A stretch of 64,000 nucleotides of DNA from Burkholderiales bacterium. Its GTDB lineage: Bacteria; Pseudomonadota; Gammaproteobacteria; Burkholderiales; SG8-39. Within the stretch, counting starts at the first letter, position 1; each line of letters starts with the position of its first letter. Below the pieces are notes generated by a model, which saw only the letters and a program-made list of their open reading frames with translations, ran no database searches and was not told the origin of the DNA. Shown here in pieces: positions 49,238 through 58,628 of the stretch. Where the stretch lies: positions 11,197 to 75,196 of the forward strand of contig DASRFM010000104.1 of NCBI GenBank assembly GCA_035651575.1, given 5' to 3'. The position numbers were made by a program, and so were the translations under genes.

Positions 49238-50112
49238 TTGCGCCTCGCGCGAAGCGGCGCCGGCGCCTCCGGCGCCACCAGCCCCTGCGGGCGCAGGAAC
49301 AGGAACAGGATCACCAGCAGCGTGAAGAGCATTCCCTGCAGCGGCGCCATGTAGGCGAGCGGCAGGCGCAGGAACGTGATCGCCTGGGGCAGCGCCAGCA
49401 GCAGCACCGCGCCCACGACCGGCCCCCAGGTCGAGCCCATGCCGCCCACGACCACCATGGTGAGCATGGTCCCCGAGGCGAGGATCTCGAACTGCTCGGG
49501 GCTGACGTACTGATAGTAGAAGGCGTAGATCGCCCCGGCGACGCCCGCGAACGCGCAGCCCACGGCGAAGATCATGATCTTGATGTGCATCGCGTTGCGC
49601 CCCAACGCGACGAACGCCAGCTCGTCGTCGCGCATGGCGCGGATCGCGCGCCCGTACGGCCCGCGCACGATCCAGCGGATGACGAGCACCGTTGCGGCGG
49701 CGGCTGCAAGGGACACCGCCGAGAAGATCCAGCCGCGCTCCGGGCCGGGCACCGGGGTGGGGATGTTGTTGAGGCCGCCCTGGCTTCCGGTGAGCTCCAG
49801 GTTCTTGATTACCTGCAGCAGCCCGAGCTGGAAGCCGATCGACGTGATGAGCAGGTAGTCGCCGCTCACGCGCAGCGATGGCAGCGAGATCATGAGCGAG
49901 AACGCCCCGGCGACGAGCGCGCCGGCGGCGGCGCCGAGGAACGGATCGAGGTGGAAATGGATCGCGAGCAGCCCGGCGGTGTAGGCGCCGAGGGCGAAGA
50001 AGATCGGATGCGCGATCGAGACCAGCCCGGCCGTGCCGATGATGAGGTTGAAGCTCGAGGCGAGGATGACGTAGATCCCGACCAGGATCAGGATCGAGTA
50101 GACGTATTCCAT
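49234..50112 (-). CDS. branched-chain-type ABC permease, LivM-like
   Basis: Trimmed to MEYVYSILILVGIYVILASSFNLIIG. Multi-TM. RAMRDDE loop. Confidence 0.85.
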   Translation of the reverse strand: MEYVYSILILVGIYVILASSFNLIIGTAGLVSIAHPIFFALGAYTAGLLAIHFHLDPFLGAAAGALVAGAFSLMISLPSLRVSGDYLLITSIGFQLGLLQVIKNLELTGSQGGLNNIPTPVPGPERGWIFSAVSLAAAAATVLVIRWIVRGPYGRAIRAMRDDELAFVALGRNAMHIKIMIFAVGCAFAGVAGAIYAFYYQYVSPEQFEILASGTMLTMVVVGGMGSTWGPVVGAVLLLALPQAITFLRLPLAYMAPLQGMLFTLLVILFLFLRPQGLVAPEAPAPLRARRK

Positions 50113-50981
50113 AGCCGCCGCACGCCGGTCGGAAAGAAGAGGATCGTCACGAACAGGAACACATAGAGGATGAGCCCCTGCCACTGCGACGGGATCACGA
50201 GCACGCTGTAGCTCTGCAGGAGCGAGAGGAACACCGCCGCGAGCGCCCCGCCGAGCACGCTGCCCATGCCGCCGAGCAGCGTCGCGATCACGGCGAAGAG
50301 CATGAGCTGCAGCGGCGCGGTCGGGATGACCGCCGTGCGCGAGCCGTAGAGGTACATCCCCGCGCAGGCGAATACGCTGGCGGCGGCGAGCGCCACGAGG
50401 TAGGCCCTGCGGGCGTCGATGCCATAGAGCTCGGCGAGCTCCGCGCTGTCGGACACGGCGAGCAGGAACTGCCCGTCGCGCGAGAAGCGCAGGTACAGGG
50501 CGAGCGCCGCGCCGAGGAGAATCGTCACGCCGACCGCGAGCAGGTCCCAGTCGCTCACCGCGACGCCGGCGACGATGCGGGTCGGCGAAAGGATCTCGGG
50601 GAAGAGCGGAACCGGCTCGGTGCCGAAGACGAGCGTCAGCGCGTACGCGGTGAACTCCGAGCAGACCAGGGTGAAGATGAAGAAAAGAAGGCTCGAGGAG
50701 CGCCTCGCGCGCAGGGTGCGCAGCCCGAGCACCTCGTAGGCGAGCGTGGCGGCGAGCGTGGCCGCGAGGCCGAAGGCGATCGCCGCCGCAGTCGGCAATC
50801 CCCACTGGTTCACCGCCACGTACATCGCGTAGAACGCGATCGCCATCATTCCCGCCTGGGCGAAATTCCACAGCTTCAGCACCTTCAGGACGAGCGCGAA
50901 CGCGATGGTGAAGAGCACCATGTAGCTGGACGTGGCGATGCCCGTCCAGAGGATCTGCGCGAGGACCGCGGGGTCGAGCAT
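50088..50981 (-). CDS. branched-chain-type ABC permease, LivH-like
   Basis: 297 aa, multi-TM, in an operon with the LivM/G/F-like genes. Confidence 0.85.
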   Translation of the reverse strand: MLDPAVLAQILWTGIATSSYMVLFTIAFALVLKVLKLWNFAQAGMMAIAFYAMYVAVNQWGLPTAAAIAFGLAATLAATLAYEVLGLRTLRARRSSSLLFFIFTLVCSEFTAYALTLVFGTEPVPLFPEILSPTRIVAGVAVSDWDLLAVGVTILLGAALALYLRFSRDGQFLLAVSDSAELAELYGIDARRAYLVALAAASVFACAGMYLYGSRTAVIPTAPLQLMLFAVIATLLGGMGSVLGGALAAVFLSLLQSYSVLVIPSQWQGLILYVFLFVTILFFPTGVRRLWNTSTRS

Positions 50982-51041
50982 CGAGCGGCGGCGCGGAGCG
51001 CTGTGGAGGAGCGCTCTTGCGCTCCGCGCCGCCCCGAAGCG

Positions 51042-52196
51042 CTAGCCGACCGTGGCGAGCGGGACGAACGCTCCCTTCTCGACCGTGAGCAGGTAGACCG
51101 GCTTCTGCACCCGGTGCGACGGATCCACCTCGGTGACGCCGGTCATCGGCAGGTCGAAGCGCTTCACCCCGAGCAGCGCCTTGCGCATGTTCTCGCCCGT
51201 GGCCGGCAGCTTCTGCTTGAGCAGCCACTCGTACATGTGCGCCACCATCACCGGCGCGTCGTAGAGGTATTGCGTGTAGGGCAGGCCGTTCGGCACGCGC
51301 CCTTCCTTCTGCTTCCAGCGCTCCACGTAATCCTTCACCTGCGGCCGGTCGTTCACTCCCGGCGCGAGCGAGGTCACGATCAGGCCTTCCGCCGCGGCGC
51401 CGAGCTGCTTGATGATGTTGGGGTTGTAGCCTGCCGAGTACGTGGACACGCGCTGCTGCAGCCCGAGCTGGCGCATCTGCGCGATCACCTGCGGGATGTC
51501 GGTGATCAGGCCGTGGATGTGCACCATGTCGGGGTTCGCGGCGCGCACCTTGAGCAGCATCCCGGAGTAGTCGGTCGCCTTCGGGTCGTAGGCCTCGTAC
51601 ACCACCACGTTGCCGCCGGCCTTCTCGAAGGCGGACTTGTACACCTTCGCCGCGTCCACGCCGGTGTCGTTGTTGATGTAGAGCACTGCCGCGTTCTTCT
51701 TGCCGAGCTTGTCGTGCGCGTACTGCGCCACGGCGGTGACGTCCACGTCGGCGAGCGGGAAGGTCGTGTACACATAGTCGCCGAGCTGCGCCACCTCCGG
51801 CGAGCTCGCGCCCACCGAAAGCTCCAGGATCTTCTCGCGGTTGGAGATCGGCGCCACCGCCTTCACCACCGCGCTCCAGGCCGTGACGTACACCGGCACC
51901 TTCTCGACGCTGATCAGGCGGTTCACCGCATTGATCCCGACCTGCGGATCGGCCTGCGTGTCGAGCACGATCATCTCGAGCTTGCGGCCCTGCACCCCGC
52001 CCTTCGCGTTCAGGTCGTCCACCGCGAACTGCGCCCCCTGCACCTGGTCCTTGCCGTAGGCCGACTGCGACCCGGTGAGCGGCATCGCGAGCCCGAACTT
52101 GAGGGTCTGCGACTGCGCGCGCAGGGGGAACGGCAACGCCGCGGCCAGGGCCCCCGCCCCCGCCGCCTTCAGCACCTCACGACGCTTGAAGCTCAT
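51042..52196 (-). CDS. ABC substrate-binding protein (Leu/Ile/Val-binding family, Peripla_BP_6)
   Basis: 384 aa. Twin-Arg-like signal (KRREVLKAAGAGALAA), then LKFGLAMPLTGSQSAYGKD. Confidence 0.85.
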   Translation of the reverse strand: MSFKRREVLKAAGAGALAAALPFPLRAQSQTLKFGLAMPLTGSQSAYGKDQVQGAQFAVDDLNAKGGVQGRKLEMIVLDTQADPQVGINAVNRLISVEKVPVYVTAWSAVVKAVAPISNREKILELSVGASSPEVAQLGDYVYTTFPLADVDVTAVAQYAHDKLGKKNAAVLYINNDTGVDAAKVYKSAFEKAGGNVVVYEAYDPKATDYSGMLLKVRAANPDMVHIHGLITDIPQVIAQMRQLGLQQRVSTYSAGYNPNIIKQLGAAAEGLIVTSLAPGVNDRPQVKDYVERWKQKEGRVPNGLPYTQYLYDAPVMVAHMYEWLLKQKLPATGENMRKALLGVKRFDLPMTGVTEVDPSHRVQKPVYLLTVEKGAFVPLATVG

Positions 52197-52890
52197 GGTT
52201 CCTTCTCCTCACGGTTGTATTGAGTTTCTCGGTGATCTCCGCGGCGCTCGCCACGTCGGCGTACTTGGACGCCATGTCGAACAGGTTGACCGCATGCGAC
52301 GTGGCGCTGCGATCGTAGACGCAGTCCCACGGCACCATGACCCTGAAGTTGTAGGCGAAGGCATCCACCACGCTGCCGCGCACGCAGCCGCTCGTGGTGC
52401 ACCCGGTGACGACGAGCGTGTCGGCGCCCAGATCGATGAGATGGCTGACGAGCGGCGTGGCGAAGAAGGCGCTCGGATGCTTCTTCGGAATCAGGATGTC
52501 TCCCTCGCGCGGCGCGACCTCGGCGACGAACTCGTAGCCCTTCTCGGCGATCGTCATGATCGCCGGGACCTTGGCCGCGAGCCGGCCCCCGTCGCTCGCC
52601 TTTTTCGGCGCGACGTAAGGATAGAGCACCGGCCAGCCGTTGCGCCGGAATTCGGCGAGCAGCGGCGCGATGTTGCGCACCGCGCTCCAGCCCGCGTCGC
52701 CGCAGGAGGTCGGGAATTCCTTGATCGCCTCCCAGAAGGGCTTGGGCTGCGTCCCCACCGTCCGGTACTGCACGTCGATGACGAGGAGCGCGGGATGCTC
52801 GCCCACGCCGGAGGGCCGCCCGAACCCGGCGGCCTGGTACGCCCGCTGCTCCTCGTCGCTGATGATCCCGTCCCACGGCTTCTTCATCAT
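52177..52890 (-). CDS. isochorismatase-family cysteine hydrolase (N-carbamoylsarcosine amidase-like)
   Basis: Trimmed to MMKKPWDG with GGAGGC upstream. Candidate Asp-Lys-Cys triad context: LLVIDVQY, IPKKHPSAFF, VVTGCTTSGCVR. Confidence 0.8.
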   Translation of the reverse strand: MMKKPWDGIISDEEQRAYQAAGFGRPSGVGEHPALLVIDVQYRTVGTQPKPFWEAIKEFPTSCGDAGWSAVRNIAPLLAEFRRNGWPVLYPYVAPKKASDGGRLAAKVPAIMTIAEKGYEFVAEVAPREGDILIPKKHPSAFFATPLVSHLIDLGADTLVVTGCTTSGCVRGSVVDAFAYNFRVMVPWDCVYDRSATSHAVNLFDMASKYADVASAAEITEKLNTTVRRRNHELQAS

Positions 52891-53543
52891 GCCTCCTTCA
52901 TCGCGCGCTGCATCGCGTCGCGCGAAATGCCGAGATAGTGGCGCATGGCGCCCGCGGCGGCCTGCGCGTCGCGCTTCTGCAGCGCATCGAAGATCGCCTG
53001 CATGCCGCGCAGCACCACCTCCTGGCGCGCCGGATCGCCGAGCGTGAGGAATTGCAGCGCGCGCACGTGGTCGGCGTAGAGCTCCACCATGCGCACGAGC
53101 CTGCGATTGCGCACGAGAGCGAGCCACGCCGCGCGGAAGCGCCGGTTCGCGCGGATGAAGGCTTCGGCGTCGCCGCGCGCGTGCGCCGCCTTCGCATCCT
53201 GGAGAGCGTGCCGTACCTCCTCGCTGTGCGCGCCGCCGGCCGCGGCCTGGCGCAGCGCCTCGGTCTCGAGGAGCACCCGCAGCTCGTAGACGTCGTCGAG
53301 GTCCTGCGGCGTGAGCGATGGCACGGTGAAGCTGCGGCCGTGCGCTTCCACCAGGCCTTCGCTCGCGAGGCGCCCGAGAGCTTCGCGCACCGGGGTGCGC
53401 GACACGCGGAAGCGCTCAGCCAGTGCGCCCTCGCGAAGCGGCTCGCCCCACTTGAGGCCGCCGGAGCGCAGGTACTCGCGCAGCAGGTCGTACACCCGCT
53501 CGGCGAGCGACGCGGTTCGCTGGAGCGGCTCGAGCGCGTTCAT
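52887..53543 (-). CDS. GntR-family transcriptional regulator (FadR/FCD subfamily)
   Basis: 218 aa. Winged HTH (LAERFRVSRTPVREALGRLASEGLV) plus an FCD-like C-terminal domain. Confidence 0.88.
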   Translation of the reverse strand: MNALEPLQRTASLAERVYDLLREYLRSGGLKWGEPLREGALAERFRVSRTPVREALGRLASEGLVEAHGRSFTVPSLTPQDLDDVYELRVLLETEALRQAAAGGAHSEEVRHALQDAKAAHARGDAEAFIRANRRFRAAWLALVRNRRLVRMVELYADHVRALQFLTLGDPARQEVVLRGMQAIFDALQKRDAQAAAGAMRHYLGISRDAMQRAMKEA

Positions 53544-53607
53544 TCAATGCGACGTATACGGTATACAATCTTTTGCGTCAAGGACTTCCACGCCCAGTGC
53601 GCTCGCG

Positions 53608-54639
53608 GTGACCCCCACGCCCGTAATCCTCCTGACCGGCTTCCTCGGCAGCGGCAAGACATCGCTTCTCAACTGCATGCTGCGCGCCCCGGGCTTCGAG
53701 AACACCGCGGTCACCGTCAACGAATTCGGCGAGATCGGGCTCGACCACGTCCTGATCGAGTCCGCGACCGACAATGTGGTGCTCCTCGAGGCCGGATGCC
53801 TGTGCTGCACGATCGCCGACTCGCTGCACGAGACGCTCGCCGACCTCCACTACCGCCGGGTGCGCGGCGAAGTCCCGCCCTTCGCGCGTGTCGTGGTGGA
53901 GACGACGGGGCTTGCGGACCCGGCTCCCATCCTCAACACGCTCCTCGGCAACAGGCTCGTCACGGACCACTACCGCCTCGACGCGGTCGTCGTCACTGCG
54001 GATGCCCTGCACATCGGCAAAGAGCTCGAAGAGCACCGCGAGGCGGCGAAGCAGATCGCCGTTGCGGACCGGCTCGTGATCACAAAATGCGACGCGGCGT
54101 CCCGCGCGCAGATCGGCGCGGCGCGCGAGCGGCTGCGCGCCATGAACCCGGCGGCGGAGCTGCTCGAGTCCGAGGGCGGCAGCGCCGCCCTCGCCGCTTT
54201 TCGACCCGCTGAAGGAATCGCACTGAGAAGCGTGCAGCCGGAAACTTTCCACGCCCATTCTCACGATGCGAACCGCCACGACGATCGCGTCCGGGCGCAT
54301 TGCTTCATCCTCGACGCGCCGGTGTCCTGGTCCGGGCTCGCGGCGTGGTCCCGCATCGTGGCCGAAACGCTCGGCGACCGGCTGCTTCGCTGCAAGGGGA
54401 TCGTCGAGATCGCCGAGAGCGGCGAGCTGGTCTTCATCCAGGGCGTGCAGCGCGTCTTCCACGCGCCGCAGCGCCTGCGCGGCTGGCCGGACGCCGACCA
54501 TCGCTCACGCCTTGTGTGCATCACGCGCGACGCGGAGACGGCGGAAATCCGCCGCACGCTGCCCGCGCTGGGGCTCGAGGCCGGCGCCGACCCGCATCTG
54601 CGGCTCGCGGACCTGCAAAGCGGAAAGGAAGCGCGATGA
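53608..54639 (+). CDS. COG0523-family (CobW/ZigA-like) metallochaperone GTPase
   Basis: GTG start. GFLGSGKTSLLN P-loop, CLCC (CxCC) metal motif, a His-rich stretch FHAHSHDANRHDDRVRAH and a CobW C-terminal domain. Confidence 0.85.
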   Translation: MTPTPVILLTGFLGSGKTSLLNCMLRAPGFENTAVTVNEFGEIGLDHVLIESATDNVVLLEAGCLCCTIADSLHETLADLHYRRVRGEVPPFARVVVETTGLADPAPILNTLLGNRLVTDHYRLDAVVVTADALHIGKELEEHREAAKQIAVADRLVITKCDAASRAQIGAARERLRAMNPAAELLESEGGSAALAAFRPAEGIALRSVQPETFHAHSHDANRHDDRVRAHCFILDAPVSWSGLAAWSRIVAETLGDRLLRCKGIVEIAESGELVFIQGVQRVFHAPQRLRGWPDADHRSRLVCITRDAETAEIRRTLPALGLEAGADPHLRLADLQSGKEAR

Positions 54640-56021
54640 AGGAATTCATCCTGCGGGGCGGCACGGTCGTGTTCCCGGACCGATCTCCGCAGGCGCTGGA
54701 CGTCCACGTCAAGGACGGGCGCATCGCGGGCCTGCTCTCCCCCGGCGAGCAGGCGGGCGAGCACGCGGCGGAGATCTTCGCGAAGGGCCTGCACGTCTTT
54801 CCCGGGCTGATCGACGCGCATGTCCACTTCGGTCTCTCGGGCGAGAAGATCACCGAGTACGCCACCGAGACCCGCCATGCCGCGCTCGGCGGCTTCACCA
54901 CCGTGCTCGGCTACTTCCTCAACAACGAGGCCTACACCGAGGTGTTCGCGCGCGAGCAGGGCTACGCGAAGACGCGCGCCTATGTGGACTACGGCTTTCA
55001 CTTCTCCACCGCGAACGAGCTGCATATCAGGGAGCTCGAGAGCTACGTGCGCGACTACGGCGTCACGTCCTTCAAGTACTTCATGAACTTCAAGGGGGAC
55101 GAAGGGCGCTACCTCGGCCTGGACGGCACCGACGACGGCTACTTCTACGACCTCCTCAAGGAGGCCGCGCGCATCGGGAAAGTGACCATCGTCTGCCACA
55201 CCGAGAACATCGAGCTCGTGAACCGGATCCGGCGGCGCGTGCAGGCGCAGGGCGGCGGCACGCTCAAGGACTGGGCGGCGTCGAAGCCGCCGATCACGGA
55301 AGCGGAAGCGTGCCTGCGCGCGATGTACTTTGCCGAGACGCTCGGCGCGCGCATCTACATCCCGCACCTCTCGACCCGCATGGCGCTCGACGAGGTGCGG
55401 CGCTGGCGCCAACGCTATCCCGAGGTGCGGGTCGAGACCTGCCCGCACTACCTGACCCACGACGAGAACTCGCCGCTCGGGCCGCTCGGCAAGGCGAACC
55501 CGCCGTTCCGCGCGCCCGACGACGTGCAGGCGATGTGGGAGGGCCTCGCCGACGGCTCCATCGACGTCGTCGGCTCCGACCACGTGCCGCGCAAGCGCGC
55601 CTCGAAGGAAAAGGGCCTGTGGCAGGCGTCGCAGGGATTTCCGGGCATCGCGACCATCCTGCCGGTGCTGCTCTCCGAGGGCTTCCACAAGGGGCGGCTC
55701 TCGCTTCAGCGCGTCTGCGAAGTCGTCACCGCCGGCCCTGCACGCGTGTTCAACCTGGAACCGGCGAAGGGCCGGATCGCCGTGGGCGCCGACGCCGACC
55801 TCACGCTCGTGGACCTCGACGAGGAGCGCGTGGTGCGCGCCGAGGACCTCGGCTCCTATGCCGACTACAGCCTGTACGACGGCTGGAAGCTGAAGGGCTG
55901 GCCGGTGCGCACGATCGTGCGCGGCGAGACGGTCATGGAACGCGGCCGCGTGGTCGGAAGCGAAGGCTACGGGCGCTACCTGCGGCGGCGCATCGGCCGG
56001 CCGCCGGTGCCCGAAACCTAG
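54636..56021 (+). CDS. cyclic amidohydrolase, D-hydantoinase/dihydropyrimidinase-like
   Basis: ATG overlaps the COG0523 stop (ATGA). IDAHVHF (HxH), SFKYFM (carbamylated Lys position), CHTEN, IPHLS and GSDH metal ligands are all present. Confidence 0.85.
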   Translation: MKEFILRGGTVVFPDRSPQALDVHVKDGRIAGLLSPGEQAGEHAAEIFAKGLHVFPGLIDAHVHFGLSGEKITEYATETRHAALGGFTTVLGYFLNNEAYTEVFAREQGYAKTRAYVDYGFHFSTANELHIRELESYVRDYGVTSFKYFMNFKGDEGRYLGLDGTDDGYFYDLLKEAARIGKVTIVCHTENIELVNRIRRRVQAQGGGTLKDWAASKPPITEAEACLRAMYFAETLGARIYIPHLSTRMALDEVRRWRQRYPEVRVETCPHYLTHDENSPLGPLGKANPPFRAPDDVQAMWEGLADGSIDVVGSDHVPRKRASKEKGLWQASQGFPGIATILPVLLSEGFHKGRLSLQRVCEVVTAGPARVFNLEPAKGRIAVGADADLTLVDLDEERVVRAEDLGSYADYSLYDGWKLKGWPVRTIVRGETVMERGRVVGSEGYGRYLRRRIGRPPVPET

Positions 56022-56356
56022 TCGACGATGAAGAGCCGGGCGCCGCTCGCCGTGGACGAGCGGTGCGCCTCGGCGCCGTCGGCGACCTGGTAGCTCATCC
56101 CGGGCCGCAGCACGAAGACGCGGCCGTCCTCGAGCTCGGTATGCAGCTCGCCTTCGATACAGAAGAGGATGTGGCCCTTCGAGCACCAGTGGTCCGCGCG
56201 ATAGCCCGGGCTGTAGTCCACCATGCGCACGCGGATGGCGCCGAAGTTGCGCGTGCGCCAGAGCGCCGTGCCGCTCTCGCCCGCATGCTCGGTCGCGGGG
56301 AGCTGCGACCAGTCGGTGGTGCCGAAGGGGATGCCGGACATGTCCATGCCCGGCAC
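56018..56356 (-). CDS. cupin-domain protein (DHW...KGH type)
   Basis: 112 aa. ADHWCSKGHILFCIEGEL...GMSYQV is a cupin beta-barrel pattern. Confidence 0.7.
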   Translation of the reverse strand: MPGMDMSGIPFGTTDWSQLPATEHAGESGTALWRTRNFGAIRVRMVDYSPGYRADHWCSKGHILFCIEGELHTELEDGRVFVLRPGMSYQVADGAEAHRSSTASGARLFIVD

Positions 56357-56363
56357 GATACCG

Positions 56364-56597
56364 CTATTCCTGCTTGCGCGGCGGGGTGAGGCGCGAGACG
56401 CCGTCGGCGGTGACGAGATCCACCGCCTCGAGGAAAACGTTCGCGGGCGGCGTGCCGATGCCGTGGATCCAGCTCGCGAGATTCGAGGGCGTGACTTTGA
56501 GCAGCGCGGCGAGCCGGTCCTCGCCGCCGACGATCTGGGCGGCGCGCTTCAGTGTCCGGGCGTAGACGTTAGGGATCTCTTCGTCTCCTCGTAGCAT
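56364..56597 (-). CDS. small HTH-like protein (Cro/YdaS-like, weak)
   Basis: 77-aa sub-ORF MLRGDEEIPNVYARTLKRAAQIVGGEDRLAALLKVTPSNLASWIHG. Overlaps the 3' end of the Crp-like gene by 49 nt. Confidence 0.35.
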   Translation of the reverse strand: MLRGDEEIPNVYARTLKRAAQIVGGEDRLAALLKVTPSNLASWIHGIGTPPANVFLEAVDLVTADGVSRLTPPRKQE

Positions 56598-57295
56598 TCG
56601 CAGGACAGCGCCTCCAGGCGCTTGCGGTCCAGGATGCGCACCACGCCGCGGCGGTAGTCGATGATCCCGGTTGCCTTCAGCTTCATCGCCGCCTCGCTCA
56701 CGCGCGGGCGCGTCGCGGCGAGCACGGCCGACAGGGCCTCGTGCGTCAGGCGGAACTCGTCCTGCCCGGCGCGGTCGTGCGTGAAGAGCAGCCAGCGCGC
56801 GAGGCGCTCGGGGATCGAATGGAACGCATTGCAGGCGACCGAGCGGCTCGCGAGATGCAGGCGGAATGCGCTGTAGCCGAAGAGCGCCTTGCGGAAGCTC
56901 TCGTGCTGCTTGCACAGCTCGAGCAATTGCTTCGCCGTGATGAGATAGCCCTTGCCGGGAAGCTGAACCACCTTGCTCGAGTCGCTCATCAGCATGCCGA
57001 GGACGAGCGGCACGCCGATGAAGCCGTCGCTGCCGACCGCCGCGGTTTCCGCCTTGTCGCCGGAGGCGAGCTCGACGGCGATCGAGCAGACTGCGGTCGT
57101 TGGAAAGAACGCCTGCGTGATGCGCTCGCCCTGGCGGACCAGGAGCGTGCCGGCGGGAAGGTCCACCAAGGTCTTGTGGTATAGGCGCCGCGTGCCGGCC
57201 GGCAGGGCGTCCCACAGCGCGTTGGCGGTCTCCGCTTTCATGAATTCGACGACAGCGGGATCCCTCCCCCCTTCGTCAGGCGACGCAGTATGCAT
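56549..57295 (-). CDS. Crp/Fnr-family transcriptional regulator
   Basis: 248 aa. cNMP-like barrel, HTH (THEALSAVLAATRPRVSEAAMKLKATGII) and an SCECY tail. Paralog of 40539..41294. Confidence 0.85.
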   Translation of the reverse strand: MHTASPDEGGRDPAVVEFMKAETANALWDALPAGTRRLYHKTLVDLPAGTLLVRQGERITQAFFPTTAVCSIAVELASGDKAETAAVGSDGFIGVPLVLGMLMSDSSKVVQLPGKGYLITAKQLLELCKQHESFRKALFGYSAFRLHLASRSVACNAFHSIPERLARWLLFTHDRAGQDEFRLTHEALSAVLAATRPRVSEAAMKLKATGIIDYRRGVVRILDRKRLEALSCECYEETKRSLTSTPGH

Positions 57296-57415
57296 GCCGA
57301 GGCAAAGGAAGTTTGTTCTTCAGCGGACAGTGAAAACAGCGGGTTAGCGCGCGGGAGGCACGGACTCTCCAGCTTAAGAGCCCGACACTACGGTCGTTGG
57401 AGGAGCGACGTGCGC

Positions 57416-57721
57416 CTAGCGGCGCATCAGGTCACTGCGCGCCGACACGCCGCCGGGCGGCGGCGCCTGGGGCGTCTCGCCCGTCAGGATGCGAGCTGTG
57501 GACGGATAGGTATACGAAGGCTGCTGGTACGTGGTCGCATCGTAGACGCTGATACCCGGGGGCGCGCCTTGCATGCTCGCCTGCGGCAGTGGCGCCGCAA
57601 CGCCGGGACCCGGGGGCGTTGCTGCCGCGCTGCTTCCGACCGAAGCTTGCCGCACAGTGCCGCAGCCGGCGAGCGCAGCGAGCAGCAAAAAGGCGAAGGC
57701 ACGAGCCATGCCCCGGTGCAT
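57416..57721 (-). CDS. putative lipoprotein
   Basis: Signal peptide with lipobox LLLAALAGC, then a Pro/Ala-rich mature part. Confidence 0.55.
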   Translation of the reverse strand: MHRGMARAFAFLLLAALAGCGTVRQASVGSSAAATPPGPGVAAPLPQASMQGAPPGISVYDATTYQQPSYTYPSTARILTGETPQAPPPGGVSARSDLMRR

Positions 57722-57737
57722 GCAGGTTTTGTACCCG

Positions 57738-58628
57738 CTACAGCACCGCGCGCAGCTTCTCCTCGGGAACCGCCACGCTCACGCCGGCACGCTCTTCCTG
57801 CAAGGTGAGGAAGGCGCGGAAGTCCCGGCCCTCCCAGCCGCGCTTCATCGCCTCGCTCATGGATTCCATGGCGATGCGCGCCTGCCGCATCGGCACGTTT
57901 TCCCTGTCGGCGAGCTCGAGCGCGAGCGTCATGTCCTTGTGCGCCAGGCGCAGGCTGAAGGCCGGCGGATCGAACTTGTGCGGCAGGAAGTGCTCGGCCA
58001 TGCGGTCGAAGGTGCGCTTGCGGCCGCTCGCGCCCTGGCGCACCGCCTTGAAGAGGTCGAGCGGATCGACGCCCGCCTTCACGCCGAGCGTGAAGACCTC
58101 CGCCATCGCCGCCTGCAGCGTGAAGCTCGCGCAGTTGTGCGCGAGCTTCGCCACCGTGCCGGCGCCGATCGGCCCGACATAGTACGGCTCGTCGCCGATC
58201 GCCTTCAGCACCGCGAGGTGCTTGTCGTAGACCGGGCGCTCGCCGCCGACCCAGATCGCGAGCTTGCCGCTCTTCGCCCCGGTGGGCCCGCCGCTCACCG
58301 GGGCGTCGAGGACGTGCAGGCCTGCCTTCGCGAATTCGGCGTGCAGCTCGCGCACGCACTGCGGCGAGTTGGTGCTCAGGTCGAACCAGGCCGCGCCTTT
58401 CTGCATCGCGCCTCTCAGCGCCGCGCCGACCGTGCGGACCTCGGCGGGGCCCGGCAGCGAGGTGAACACCACTTCCGCGCCGCGCGCCGCCTCGGCGGCA
58501 GAACCCGCCCACCTCGGGAAGCCCTCCACCCTGCGCAGGTCGTGCGCCTGCACCTCGTGGCCCGCGCGCTGCAGGTTCGCCGCCATCGAGCCGCCCATGA
58601 TGCCCAGGCCGATGAAGCCGATCTTCAT
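57738..58628 (-). CDS. NAD(P)-dependent 3-hydroxyisobutyrate dehydrogenase-family oxidoreductase
   Basis: Trimmed to MKIGFIGLGIMGGSMAANL (Rossmann fold). DAPVSGG and AKLAHN blocks. 4-nt overlap with the upstream stop. Confidence 0.85.
   Translation of the reverse strand: MKIGFIGLGIMGGSMAANLQRAGHEVQAHDLRRVEGFPRWAGSAAEAARGAEVVFTSLPGPAEVRTVGAALRGAMQKGAAWFDLSTNSPQCVRELHAEFAKAGLHVLDAPVSGGPTGAKSGKLAIWVGGERPVYDKHLAVLKAIGDEPYYVGPIGAGTVAKLAHNCASFTLQAAMAEVFTLGVKAGVDPLDLFKAVRQGASGRKRTFDRMAEHFLPHKFDPPAFSLRLAHKDMTLALELADRENVPMRQARIAMESMSEAMKRGWEGRDFRAFLTLQEERAGVSVAVPEEKLRAVL

Noticed and set aside
54261-56186. 641-aa minus-strand ORF opposite the hydantoinase, and the 707-aa plus-strand alternate frame 54266..56389
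   Set aside because: These are antisense or alternate-frame artefacts. The hydantoinase frame carries all catalytic motifs.
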